NCBI GenBank assembly: GCA_948479395.1 | Contig: CAOLUI010000005.1 | Coordinates: forward strand, 1 to 51,011 | DNA: 51,011 bases | From: an uncultured Bacilli bacterium | Lineage (GTDB): Bacteria > Bacillota_I > Bacilli_A > RF39 > UBA660 | Direction: 5' to 3' | Shown: one piece after another, positions 37,201 through 46,059 of the stretch | Position numbering within the stretch: the first letter of the stretch is position 1 | How the letters are laid out: every line of letters starts with the position of its first letter | Translations under genes and position numbers: made by a program | Notes under the pieces: model-generated | What the model was told of the DNA's origin: nothing | The model's database searches: none | Seen by the model: only the letters and a program-made list of their open reading frames with translations

Positions 37201-37695
37201 ATGAAAGAAAAAATAATCAAAAATATTAAAGAATTAATGCCCTATATTATTATTTTATTAGTAATCGCCTTTGTTAGAACTTTTATTATAACTCCCATCA
37301 AAGTTAATGGAAGCTCTATGTTTCAAACGTTAAATGGAAAAGAATATATGCTTTTAAATAAATTAGGACATATTGATCGATATGATATAGTAGTTGTTGA
37401 TACTAAAGATGATGAATTAATCAAAAGAGTTTATGGGCTTCCAGGAGAAAAAATTGCTATTCAAAATAGTAATATTTACATTAATGACAAAAAAATTGAA
37501 GATAAATATGCTTATGGAAATACAAATAGTTATGATGCTATTACTTTAAAAGAAGATGAATACTTTGTTTTAGGAGATAATCGTTTAGTTTCACTTGATA
37601 GTCGAACCATTGGGCCAGTAAAGAAAAAAAATATAAAGGGTACAACTGATTTTATTATTTATCCTTTTAATCGTTTTGGCATTTTAAAAAAATAA
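37201..37695 (+). CDS. lepB: Signal peptidase I
   Basis: 'NGSSMFQTL', 'IKRVYGLPGEKI' and 'VLGDNRLVSLDSR'. N-terminal TM. Confidence 0.88.
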   Translation: MKEKIIKNIKELMPYIIILLVIAFVRTFIITPIKVNGSSMFQTLNGKEYMLLNKLGHIDRYDIVVVDTKDDELIKRVYGLPGEKIAIQNSNIYINDKKIEDKYAYGNTNSYDAITLKEDEYFVLGDNRLVSLDSRTIGPVKKKNIKGTTDFIIYPFNRFGILKK

Positions 37696-37706
37696 AAGGT
37701 GAAAAT

Positions 37707-38303
37707 ATGCAATATAAAACAATTAATGATCAATTAAAAATATTTATTCAAATATTAGAAAAAAATAAAGAATTAATAGCGGTGTTAGATTTTGTGAACA
37801 ATTTAAATTTGCCTAATTTTTATATCGCAGCAGGTTCTATATTTCAAACTATATGGAACTATTATGATAATAAAGATTTAAATTTTAATATAAAAGATAT
37901 CGATATCATTTATTATGATAAAACAAATTTAAGTATTGAAAAAGATTTAGAATATTATAATATAATTAGTAACTTCGTTAAAGAAAAAGGGTTTAAATAC
38001 GAAATAGATGTTTCTAACGAAGCCAGAATGCATTTATGGAAGATGGAACATGAAAATAAGAAAAAAGTAGAGCCCTATAAAAATTCAGAAGACGCTATAA
38101 CTAAATGGATAGCAACCGTTCATGCTATTGGAATTACCAAAGAAAATAATGAAATAAAAGTATATTCCCCCTTTGGTTTAGAAGATATTTTTAGTAAAAT
38201 TATTAGGCCAATTAAACACAAAGATAATTCCCAAGAACTTTATAATCAAAAAGTTTCTAGCTGGACTAAAAGATTTTCTAATTTAACGATTATAGAGTGG
38301 TAA
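37707..38303 (+). CDS. Nucleotidyltransferase family protein (PF06042/DUF925-like)
   Basis: 'LPNFYIAAGSIFQTIWNYY', 'IKDIDIIYYD', 'VSNEARMH', 'EDAITKWIATVHAIG' and 'SPFGLEDIF' match the remembered NTP_transf_6 pattern. Confidence 0.7.
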   Translation: MQYKTINDQLKIFIQILEKNKELIAVLDFVNNLNLPNFYIAAGSIFQTIWNYYDNKDLNFNIKDIDIIYYDKTNLSIEKDLEYYNIISNFVKEKGFKYEIDVSNEARMHLWKMEHENKKKVEPYKNSEDAITKWIATVHAIGITKENNEIKVYSPFGLEDIFSKIIRPIKHKDNSQELYNQKVSSWTKRFSNLTIIEW

Positions 38304-38327
38304 ATAAAAATAAAGGAGCTATAAAAA

Positions 38328-38771
38328 ATGATATATCTTAATAAAAAAGATTGTAATGATTATATTAAAAGACCAGGAGCTTATGCGATTATTGAAAATG
38401 AAAAAAATGAAATAGCTGTTGTTAAAAATGATAAAAACGAATTATTTTATTTTGGTGGTGGCTTAGAAGCAGGAGAAACTAAAATTGTGGCACTTAAAAG
38501 AGAAATGAAAGAAGAAACCGGATATTCATTAAAAGATATAAAATATTTTACTGAAGTAGGAGAGTTCTTAAAATCCCAAGAAGGAAAATATATTGAAATT
38601 ATGGCTACGATCTATCTGGCTAAATTTGATAAGTACCTTGTTGATCCCATAGAATATGATCATCATATTTTATGGGTAAAACCTGAATCTTATCAAGGAA
38701 AATTATTACGGGCTTGGCAAAATTATGTTTTAGATTTATATATTAATTATAAAAATAATCAAGGAAAGTGA
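38328..38771 (+). CDS. NUDIX hydrolase
   Basis: Complete Nudix box 'GGGLEAGETKIVALKREMKEETGY' (Gx5Ex7REx2EExG). Confidence 0.85.
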   Translation: MIYLNKKDCNDYIKRPGAYAIIENEKNEIAVVKNDKNELFYFGGGLEAGETKIVALKREMKEETGYSLKDIKYFTEVGEFLKSQEGKYIEIMATIYLAKFDKYLVDPIEYDHHILWVKPESYQGKLLRAWQNYVLDLYINYKNNQGK

Positions 38772-38777
38772 TAAAAA

Positions 38778-39341
38778 ATGAATAAAATTGTATATCATGG
38801 AAGTCCTAATGATAATATAAAAGTATTAACATCCAATAAAAGTACGCATCAAAAAGATTGCATATATGCTAGCGATAACAAGGTTGTAGCTCTTCTTTTT
38901 ATGGGGAAAGGAAACGGTGATTTAGATACTAGAATATCAAATGCCAATGGTACAGTAGAATTGGTGGAAAGAAGAAAAGACGTTCTTGAAAATTTGTACA
39001 ATAAAGAAGGATATTTATATGAACTTGATGGAACCACATTTAATCATTATGATTATTTATGGTCTTTAGAAGTTATCTCCTTTGAAAAGCAACTTATTCC
39101 TCTCAATAAAATATATTATAAAAACATCTTAGAGTCTTTATTTGAAGAAGAAAAGAAAGGAAATATAATAATTTATAGATATCCTAATCGCCCTCAAGAT
39201 ATGCCACTAGATAATTCAGATTTAATAGAAAAATATTTTAATTTTGAAAAGCAAGGAATAAATGGTGCGATTCAAAAGCTTTTAAGTATTTATCCTGAAT
39301 TTAGAGATATTGTTGAAGAGCAAAATTGTATGAAAAAATAG
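38778..39341 (+). CDS. Hypothetical protein (weak H-Y-E ADP-ribosyltransferase-like spacing, unverified)
   Basis: 187-aa ORF 6 nt after the Nudix gene. 'VYHGS', 'CIYASDNKVVALLF' and 'GYLYELDG' are spaced like the Arr-type ART triad (memory only). Confidence 0.5.
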   Translation: MNKIVYHGSPNDNIKVLTSNKSTHQKDCIYASDNKVVALLFMGKGNGDLDTRISNANGTVELVERRKDVLENLYNKEGYLYELDGTTFNHYDYLWSLEVISFEKQLIPLNKIYYKNILESLFEEEKKGNIIIYRYPNRPQDMPLDNSDLIEKYFNFEKQGINGAIQKLLSIYPEFRDIVEEQNCMKK

Positions 39342-39352
39342 GTGATAAAATA

Positions 39353-39814
39353 ATGAGATTAACTAAACGTTTTATAGTCAAATCAATAGATAAACTCTCT
39401 TTAAGTAATCCCCTTAGATATGAACGCTATTATCTAAACGATAATTTAAGAATTCAAAGTAAAAATAACATATTTGAAAAAGAAATTTTAAACGATGAAA
39501 ATATTATATTAGAAAAAAAGCTTATTTCTGAAGAGGAATTTAATCAATTAAAAAAAGAAGCATCAGTAAAAATAATAAGAGATAGTTATTTATATTTAAA
39601 CGATGATAGAATTTCTATAAAAGTTTATCATGCCGATTATAAGGGATTAAATAGAGTTGAAGTAAAATTTTCTTCTAGAGAAGAAATGGTTAATTATGAA
39701 AAGGAAAAATGGATGGGAAAAGAAATAACTTCCAGTCCATTAGCGTTTGATAAATACTTAAGTAAATTAACAAGAAAGGAATTCTTATTAGAAATTCAAA
39801 AATATGAAAATTAA
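39353..39814 (+). CDS. CYTH-like domain protein lacking the N-terminal ExExK motif
   Basis: 'NRVEVKFSSREEMVNYEKEKWMGKEITSSPLAFDKYLSKL' matches the CYTH C-terminal pattern (vEvEF.seeea..f..P.W.g.EVT). The N-terminus reads 'RLTKRFIV' where 'EIERKFLV' is expected. ATG 39353 lies behind AGGTGA. Confidence 0.6.
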   Translation: MRLTKRFIVKSIDKLSLSNPLRYERYYLNDNLRIQSKNNIFEKEILNDENIILEKKLISEEEFNQLKKEASVKIIRDSYLYLNDDRISIKVYHADYKGLNRVEVKFSSREEMVNYEKEKWMGKEITSSPLAFDKYLSKLTRKEFLLEIQKYEN

Positions 39815-39991
39815 ATAATCGAGTTAAAAGGGAAATTTTTAATATATTGTGAAAGTAAATTTGTTTAATATCATATTTTGTAATTGCTGTAAAAAAACAT
39901 TATGTATTTAATTTTTTAAGAATAATAAAAGTATTAAAATTAATAGGTGCTAGTAATTTATATAAATAAAAATCAAAAAGTTGGTGCAAGT

Positions 39992-40555
39992 ATGCAAAAA
40001 TATATGAAAGTTATGTATGATACTAAATCTCATGCTGGGGATTTTGAATACAAAATTAATGAAATAAATGAAACAGACAATTGGAATCCAGCCGCAAGTA
40101 ATCCAAAAGACTTTGGTGGTTTTAATTTTTCAACGGAAAATAAAATTTTAAGATGGTTACTAAGAGGTAATACTCTTTATGATGTAGAAATACCAGAGGA
40201 TGCTGAAATAATCGAATGTGAAAATAAAAATGCACCTCATGGAGTTTTTAGAAGCAATAAAATAATTTTGACTAATCCAAGAATTTTAACTGACGATTTG
40301 GTAATGGATTTATACTTAAAATCTGATTTACCAGATAATACTTATTTTCAATGCTTAACTTTTTTATCTTTGAAAAATTATGACAAAGTATGTGAGAAAA
40401 TTATAGAGGATAAAGTTAATAAAGATAATATTAATCAAGCTATTGAAACATTTACAACCTTTTTTGAATTAAAAGAAAAAAATAAAAATGAATGTTATAA
40501 TAAAGTATATCAATCGTTAAAAGAAATAAGTGAATTAAAAAGTAATACAGATTAA
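39992..40555 (+). CDS. Hypothetical protein
   Basis: 188-aa ORF from ATG 39992 (MQKYMKVMYD...). No family recognised. Weak SD. Confidence 0.5.
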   Translation: MQKYMKVMYDTKSHAGDFEYKINEINETDNWNPAASNPKDFGGFNFSTENKILRWLLRGNTLYDVEIPEDAEIIECENKNAPHGVFRSNKIILTNPRILTDDLVMDLYLKSDLPDNTYFQCLTFLSLKNYDKVCEKIIEDKVNKDNINQAIETFTTFFELKEKNKNECYNKVYQSLKEISELKSNTD

Positions 40556-40582
40556 TAATAATATAAAAAAGGAGATAAATTT

Positions 40583-41194
40583 ATGGATAAAATATTTTTA
40601 GAAATTCCTACAATAAATAGAAAACAGGAAGCGTTAGATTATTTAGCTGAAAATATTGAATATAATTCAGACTTAAATGGTACAGGTAGTATGGATGAAT
40701 GCCTAAATAAAATGACTTATGAAGAATGGTTATTAGAACTTGAAAAAAGAAAAAATATAGAATATTTAAATCAAATAAATAGATGCCAATCGAAAACATT
40801 TTTTGTAGTAAGAGAAAATGATAATAGAATAGTTGGTATGATAAATATTAGATATAATATTTCAGATGATAAACTAAAAACCTGGGCCTCTCATATTGGG
40901 TATGGTATTAGACCTACTGAAAGGCGAAAAGGATATGCTAAAATAGCATTATATTTAGGGTTGTTAGAAGAACAAACATTAGGTGAAGAAAAGGTATTAT
41001 TGGAATGTACTGTTGATAATATTGGCTCAAATAAAACTATTTTATCTTTAGGTGGAGAGTTAGAAAAAACTGAACTTGATAAATATGATAATACGATGAC
41101 TAATTATTATTGGATAAATGTTAATGATTCGATTGAAAAATATTATGAGTGTTATAAAAATCAAATAAATCGAGATTCTAAATTAACCAAATAA
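40583..41194 (+). CDS. GNAT-family N-acetyltransferase
   Basis: 'GYGIRPTERRKGYAKIAL' (acetyl-CoA motif A) and '...CTVDNIGSNKTILSLGGEL'. GGAG SD. Confidence 0.75.
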   Translation: MDKIFLEIPTINRKQEALDYLAENIEYNSDLNGTGSMDECLNKMTYEEWLLELEKRKNIEYLNQINRCQSKTFFVVRENDNRIVGMINIRYNISDDKLKTWASHIGYGIRPTERRKGYAKIALYLGLLEEQTLGEEKVLLECTVDNIGSNKTILSLGGELEKTELDKYDNTMTNYYWINVNDSIEKYYECYKNQINRDSKLTK

Positions 41195-41246
41195 ATGAAA
41201 TTTTATAATAATCGACAAAATATACCAAATATAAGGAGAAAAAATA

Positions 41247-41750
41247 ATGAAACAAGGAGTAGTAATTGCAGGATTTGCAACCTGTGGAAAAAGCACATTA
41301 GGGAAAAAATATAAAAATGTGATAGATTTAGAATCAAGTAATTATAAGCATAATAATAATCCTGAAAATATTCCAATTGAAATGAGAAAAGGTACTAAAA
41401 GAGAAATAAATCAAGAATGGCCTGAAAATTATTATCAAGCGATTGCAGAGGCTATAAATAAATATGATGTAGTTTTGGTTCAATTGAAGCCAGAACATTT
41501 AGATCATTTTGATAAAAATAATATTAAATATAGTATAGCTTATCCTAATATTAACGATTGGAAAACAGTTAAAATGAAATGTATTGATAGAGGAAATAAT
41601 CAAAATTTTATAAAAAAACTAAAAGAAGTGTTTGTTCCGTATTATGAGGATGTTATTAGAAGAAATTATGAAAATTTATATATAATTAATAAAAACGAAA
41701 CATTAGAAAGTGTTTTAATTAAAAATAATTTCATTTTAAAAGATAAGTGA
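41247..41750 (+). CDS. P-loop NTPase/kinase-like protein
   Basis: Walker A 'IAGFATCGKSTLG' at the N-terminus. 167 aa. AGGAGA SD. Confidence 0.6.
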   Translation: MKQGVVIAGFATCGKSTLGKKYKNVIDLESSNYKHNNNPENIPIEMRKGTKREINQEWPENYYQAIAEAINKYDVVLVQLKPEHLDHFDKNNIKYSIAYPNINDWKTVKMKCIDRGNNQNFIKKLKEVFVPYYEDVIRRNYENLYIINKNETLESVLIKNNFILKDK

Positions 41751-41981
41751 AATAAAAAAACAACAATAAAGACAAGATTCGGCAAATATTAACTGGTTGA
41801 TTACGATTTATTTAATCTCCTTAGCAAACTCTTATAAATAAAGACTTCATTTGATTTTAAATCCAAAAAATGATAAAAATATAATGATTTTAATGATATT
41901 TATGATAGAAATTAAAAAGGTAATTACGACATTGCAACCCCCTGCGAAATTTTGATTATAATAAAGAAATGAGGCGAATAT

Positions 41982-42824
41982 ATGGCAAATAAAATAATAG
42001 AAGTTCAAAATATTAAAGTTAATATAATAAACACGAATGATAATGATTATATATGTATTTCTGATTTTACAAAAATTAAAGATGGGAAATCTACTTCAGA
42101 TGATATTATAAGAAATTGGTTAAGGAATAGAATTACATTAGAATTTTTAGGGACTTGGGAATCAATATATAATCCTGATTTTAATTCCGTCGAATTCGAC
42201 GGGTTTAAAAGTAAGGCTGGACTTCATACTTTTACATTAAGTGTAACTGAGTGGTGTAACAAAACAAATGCCATTGGTATATATTCAAAACGTGGTAAAT
42301 ATGGTGGAACATATGCGCATAAGGATATAGCATTTGAGTTTGCCTCTGCAATAAGCCCAGTATTTAAATTATATTTAATAAAAGAATTTGAAAGGTTAAA
42401 AACATTAGAAAATCAAAATAGAGAATGGGATGTAAAAAGAATTTTGACTAAGAATAATTATCTTATCCATACCGATGCTATTAAAAACTATATATTACCT
42501 AATAAAGATTATTATAAAGATAGAAAATGGTTAAAATACGCCGAAGAAGCAGATATACTAAATGTAGTCTTATTTAATACAACTGCTAAAAGATGGAGAG
42601 AACTTAATCCTGATTTTGCAAAGAATTCAAATGTTAGAGATTATGCTTCAATAAATGAATTAACCGTTTTATCAAACTTAGAATCACATAACGCAGAATT
42701 AATTAAAGAAGGGAAAAGTAAAGAAGAAAGATTTGAAATATTAAGTGGTATTGCTAAATATCAACTTAATATACTGAATAATGCTGAAAAGATAAAATTG
42801 TTAGGAGAAAAAAATAATATATAG
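41982..42824 (+). CDS. KilA-N domain protein
   Basis: 'ICISDFTKIK...IIRNWLRNRITLEFLGTWESIYNPDFN..EFDGFKSKAG..TFTLSV.EWCNKTNAIGI.SKRGKYGGTYAHKDIAFEFASAISP' is the classic KilA-N pattern. Confidence 0.8.
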   Translation: MANKIIEVQNIKVNIINTNDNDYICISDFTKIKDGKSTSDDIIRNWLRNRITLEFLGTWESIYNPDFNSVEFDGFKSKAGLHTFTLSVTEWCNKTNAIGIYSKRGKYGGTYAHKDIAFEFASAISPVFKLYLIKEFERLKTLENQNREWDVKRILTKNNYLIHTDAIKNYILPNKDYYKDRKWLKYAEEADILNVVLFNTTAKRWRELNPDFAKNSNVRDYASINELTVLSNLESHNAELIKEGKSKEERFEILSGIAKYQLNILNNAEKIKLLGEKNNI

Positions 42825-42887
42825 TATTTTGCATATTTGTATTACCTCTTTCTAAATAATAAAATTATTATAGAAAGAAGGTAGAAT

Positions 42888-43163
42888 ATGAATAAATATG
42901 ATATTAAAGAATTAAGAGAGAAATTAGAACGTTGTAGAAATGTAAATCTTGATGATGTAAAATTAGAAGATGTAGATAAGATAAGCTCTATAAAAATAGA
43001 TAGAAGAAAACCTAGTGAAGAAAGAATATTAGATTTTATTAAGAAAACAAAAAATCCTTATATATTTAAGATAAAAGGGAAATTAGTTAGAATCAAATTT
43101 TCAGATACTGATAAAACTACAGAAGATTGTCTGACTAATGTTTTAAAGAATTTATATAGATAG
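42888..43163 (+). CDS. DUF6870-like small protein (mobile-element-associated in Bacillota)
   Basis: '...DVKLEDVDKISSIKIDRRKPSEERILDFIKKTKNPYIFKIKGKLVRIKF' resembles the 'KEERI..FI.QIKNPYCFK.G...VK' family (memory). Confidence 0.5.
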   Translation: MNKYDIKELREKLERCRNVNLDDVKLEDVDKISSIKIDRRKPSEERILDFIKKTKNPYIFKIKGKLVRIKFSDTDKTTEDCLTNVLKNLYR

Positions 43164-43179
43164 GTTAATTGGAGGTAAA

Positions 43180-43570
43180 ATGAAAGCAATAACAATTAAA
43201 CAACCTTGTGCAACATTAATAGCAGAAGGTTACAAAGAATATGAATTTAGAACTTGGAAGACTAAATATCGTGAAGATATACTAATTCATGCTGGTAATG
43301 GTATAGATAAAAAGGCAATTACTGAAAGTAAAAGATTTGATAGAGTTTATCAATAGAGCAACATTAGAGGCCATAACAGTTGAAATAATTGGATTATATA
43401 AATATTCAAATTTTGAAGAGTTATATAAACATTTTGATAAAATAGCAATGGGATACCATAATGATGCTATAGCAAATCCTAAAGATATGGAAAAATATTA
43501 TTCGAAAGAAGAACAAGATAAATATGGAGTTATTGGAATAGAAATAAGAGTGATAAAAGATAGGAAGTGA
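43180..43570 (+). pseudogene. Chimeric/frameshifted ASCH-domain remnant
   Basis: ATG 43180 (GGAGG SD) encodes 'MKAITIKQPCATLIAEGYKEYEFRTWKTKYREDILIHAG', one ASCH subtype, and stops at 43354. From about 43307 another frame encodes 'KRQLLKVKDLIEFINRATLEAITVEIIGLYKYSNFEELYK...PKDMEKYYSKEEQDKYGVIGIEI', the C-terminal two-thirds of a second ASCH subtype. Confidence 0.6.
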
Positions 43571-43575
43571 AAAGT

Positions 43576-44433
43576 ATGGAAAATAATCGACAAAATTCAA
43601 CAAATATAAACTGGTATCCAGGACATATGGCTAAAACTAGAAGATTAATTAAAGAAAAATTTGCTCTTATAGATATCGTATATGAGCTTGTAGATGCCAG
43701 AATCCCTTATTCGTCTAAAATAAGAGATATATATGATATAATAAAAGACAAGGAAAAAATAATTATAATGACTAAAAAAGATCTTTGTGATCTAAAAGCT
43801 ACCCAAAAATGGATCAATTATTATGAAAATTTAGGTTCTAAAGTAATACTTGTTGATTTAAATAATAATAATGATTTCAAAAAAATTATTGATGTTACTA
43901 AAGAAATGACAAAACATTTACAAGAAAAAAGACAAGAAAAGAAAATGAAAGAAAAAGATATTCGGGCTTTAGTTGTTGGTATTCCCAATGTCGGTAAAAG
44001 TACACTAATAAATAAAATGGCTAATAAAAAAGTTGCTGATGTAGGAAATAACCCTGGAGTTACCAAGCATATTAAATGGTTAAAAACGCCTTACAATATC
44101 TCTCTTTTAGATACCCCAGGTATATTATGGCCTAAAATAAGCGAGACCAATGTCGGATTAAACTTAGCGGCTATGACAAGTATTAAAGAAGAAATTTTAC
44201 CCCTTGATGATGTAGCCATCCATATATTAAAAACATTAGAAAAATATTATCCTGATCTATTAAAGGAACGTTATAATATTGAAAATGTTAAAGATATTGA
44301 AAAGGCTTATGAAACTATTGGCCAAAAAATAGGAGCTATAAAAAATAATGAAATTGATTATGAACGAGTAAGTAAAAAAATAATCAATGACATAAAATCA
44401 GAATATATAAAGGGAATAACATTTGATCGATAA
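43576..44433 (+). CDS. rbgA: Ribosome biogenesis GTPase A (YlqF/RbgA)
   Basis: 'INWYPGHMAKT', 'DARIP', 'MTKKD' (G4), 'GIPNVGKSTLINK' (G1) and 'DTPGILWP' (G3). ATG 43576 lies behind AGGAAGTGA. Confidence 0.88.
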   Translation: MENNRQNSTNINWYPGHMAKTRRLIKEKFALIDIVYELVDARIPYSSKIRDIYDIIKDKEKIIIMTKKDLCDLKATQKWINYYENLGSKVILVDLNNNNDFKKIIDVTKEMTKHLQEKRQEKKMKEKDIRALVVGIPNVGKSTLINKMANKKVADVGNNPGVTKHIKWLKTPYNISLLDTPGILWPKISETNVGLNLAAMTSIKEEILPLDDVAIHILKTLEKYYPDLLKERYNIENVKDIEKAYETIGQKIGAIKNNEIDYERVSKKIINDIKSEYIKGITFDR

Positions 44434-44455
44434 ATAGAAAAGGAAGTAGTAAATA

Positions 44456-45316
44456 ATGAAAAAATTAATGCCAAATATTTTATTTCATATTGAAAGTGAA
44501 CGTCTATTTGATTTATTAGAAAAGTTTAATGAAAGAAAATTAAATTATGAACGACGATTACCGGTGGCTAAAACTCCATATCATGGGATAATAAGTACTA
44601 TAGATGTTTCTTTCGAAGAAAAAGATTTAAAAAAATTTTTAGAAATAATAAAAGAAGAAAATTACAAATCAAGAATAAGATTATATAAGTTAAAGGATAA
44701 TTACTATCGCCCCTTTGTTGTCCAAAATGAAAATAATTACTTAATTTATACAACATTTTTTTATCAAAAATTATGTAATGCTGAAAATTTTGTTGCTCAA
44801 AAAAATGACATTAGCGATTATAATTTTTTAGAATGTTTTGAAATAACAGCTAAAACCGAAAATGAAGCAAAAGGATATTATCGTTCAGTTGCCCATATTC
44901 CAGCAAGTGAATATTTAACTAATACTGATACAGGAACATTTAATATAAAAACATTTAATAATAATAATGATTATACTGTTATTACAAATGCAATAAATAT
45001 TCGCGATATAATTACATCATATAGAAGTTTTTATGACGATTTATTTTCTTTACCAATATATAATGGAATTAGTGAATTTCAAGTTATAGAATATTATATT
45101 TCTTTTATGGAAAATATGGTTATTCATTTTGCTGAAGATGTAGATATTGTCGAATTATATTCTAAAGACAATGGAGTTTTAACAGAAAAACCAATGTTAA
45201 AATTCTCTAAAAGTAAAACATCAAATAAATTAGAAGAAAATGTAGTAGATATAATAAATAATTTTTTAGAACAACAATATGGATTAAAAAGAAAAAACAC
45301 ATATAAAGTAGATTAA
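44456..45316 (+). CDS. Hypothetical protein
   Basis: 286-aa ORF with a GGAAG SD. No recognisable motifs. Lies between rbgA and rnhB. Confidence 0.55.
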   Translation: MKKLMPNILFHIESERLFDLLEKFNERKLNYERRLPVAKTPYHGIISTIDVSFEEKDLKKFLEIIKEENYKSRIRLYKLKDNYYRPFVVQNENNYLIYTTFFYQKLCNAENFVAQKNDISDYNFLECFEITAKTENEAKGYYRSVAHIPASEYLTNTDTGTFNIKTFNNNNDYTVITNAINIRDIITSYRSFYDDLFSLPIYNGISEFQVIEYYISFMENMVIHFAEDVDIVELYSKDNGVLTEKPMLKFSKSKTSNKLEENVVDIINNFLEQQYGLKRKNTYKVD

Positions 45317-45360
45317 ATATTTACTTTTTTTCATGGAAAAAACCTCTATTAAAAGAAAAT

Positions 45361-46059
45361 ATGATAAAATTAAATTATTCTGGAAGTGAAATAATGGAAA
45401 AACAAAAAATTAATCTTTTAAAATATGAACAAGAATTATATCAAAAGAATATAACATTAATAGCTGGAGTAGATGAAGTAGGAAGAGGACCATTAGTGGG
45501 TTCTGTTGTAGCAGCAGCAGTAATTTTGCCTAAAAATTATCATTTAGAAGGATTAACAGATTCTAAAAAATTGAGTGAAAAAAAGCGTAATTTATTCTAT
45601 GAAATTATTAGTAGGGATGCTATTGCTATTGGGATTGGAGAAATATCAAGTCAAAAAATAGATGAAGTAAATATTTATGAAGCTAGTAAATTAGCCATGA
45701 AAGAAGCTTTAAAAAACTTAAATGTTAAACCAGAACATGTTTTAATTGATGCCATGCCTCTTAATTTAGATATGCCAAGTACAAGCATTATCCATGGCGA
45801 TGCTCTATCAATTTCTATTGCTGCTGCAAGTGTAATAGCAAAAGTTACTCGAGATAAAATGATGTATGAGTTAAATGAAAAATATCCTGAATATCACTTT
45901 GATAAACATAAAGGCTATCCTACCAAACTTCATTTAGAGTGTTTAAAAAAATATGGTCCATTACCAATTTATAGATTTACATATAAACCAGTTCATGATT
46001 TAATATTAAAAGGTGGCGAAGTAAAAAATGAAGAAATTAAGGAAAAACAAACTATTTAA
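45361..46059 (+). CDS. rnhB: Ribonuclease HII
   Basis: 'GVDEVGRGPLVGSVVAAAVIL', 'DSKKLS', 'LIDAMP', 'SISIAAASVIAKVTRD' and 'HKGYP'. The start could instead be ATG 45394. Confidence 0.88.
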   Translation: MIKLNYSGSEIMEKQKINLLKYEQELYQKNITLIAGVDEVGRGPLVGSVVAAAVILPKNYHLEGLTDSKKLSEKKRNLFYEIISRDAIAIGIGEISSQKIDEVNIYEASKLAMKEALKNLNVKPEHVLIDAMPLNLDMPSTSIIHGDALSISIAAASVIAKVTRDKMMYELNEKYPEYHFDKHKGYPTKLHLECLKKYGPLPIYRFTYKPVHDLILKGGEVKNEEIKEKQTI

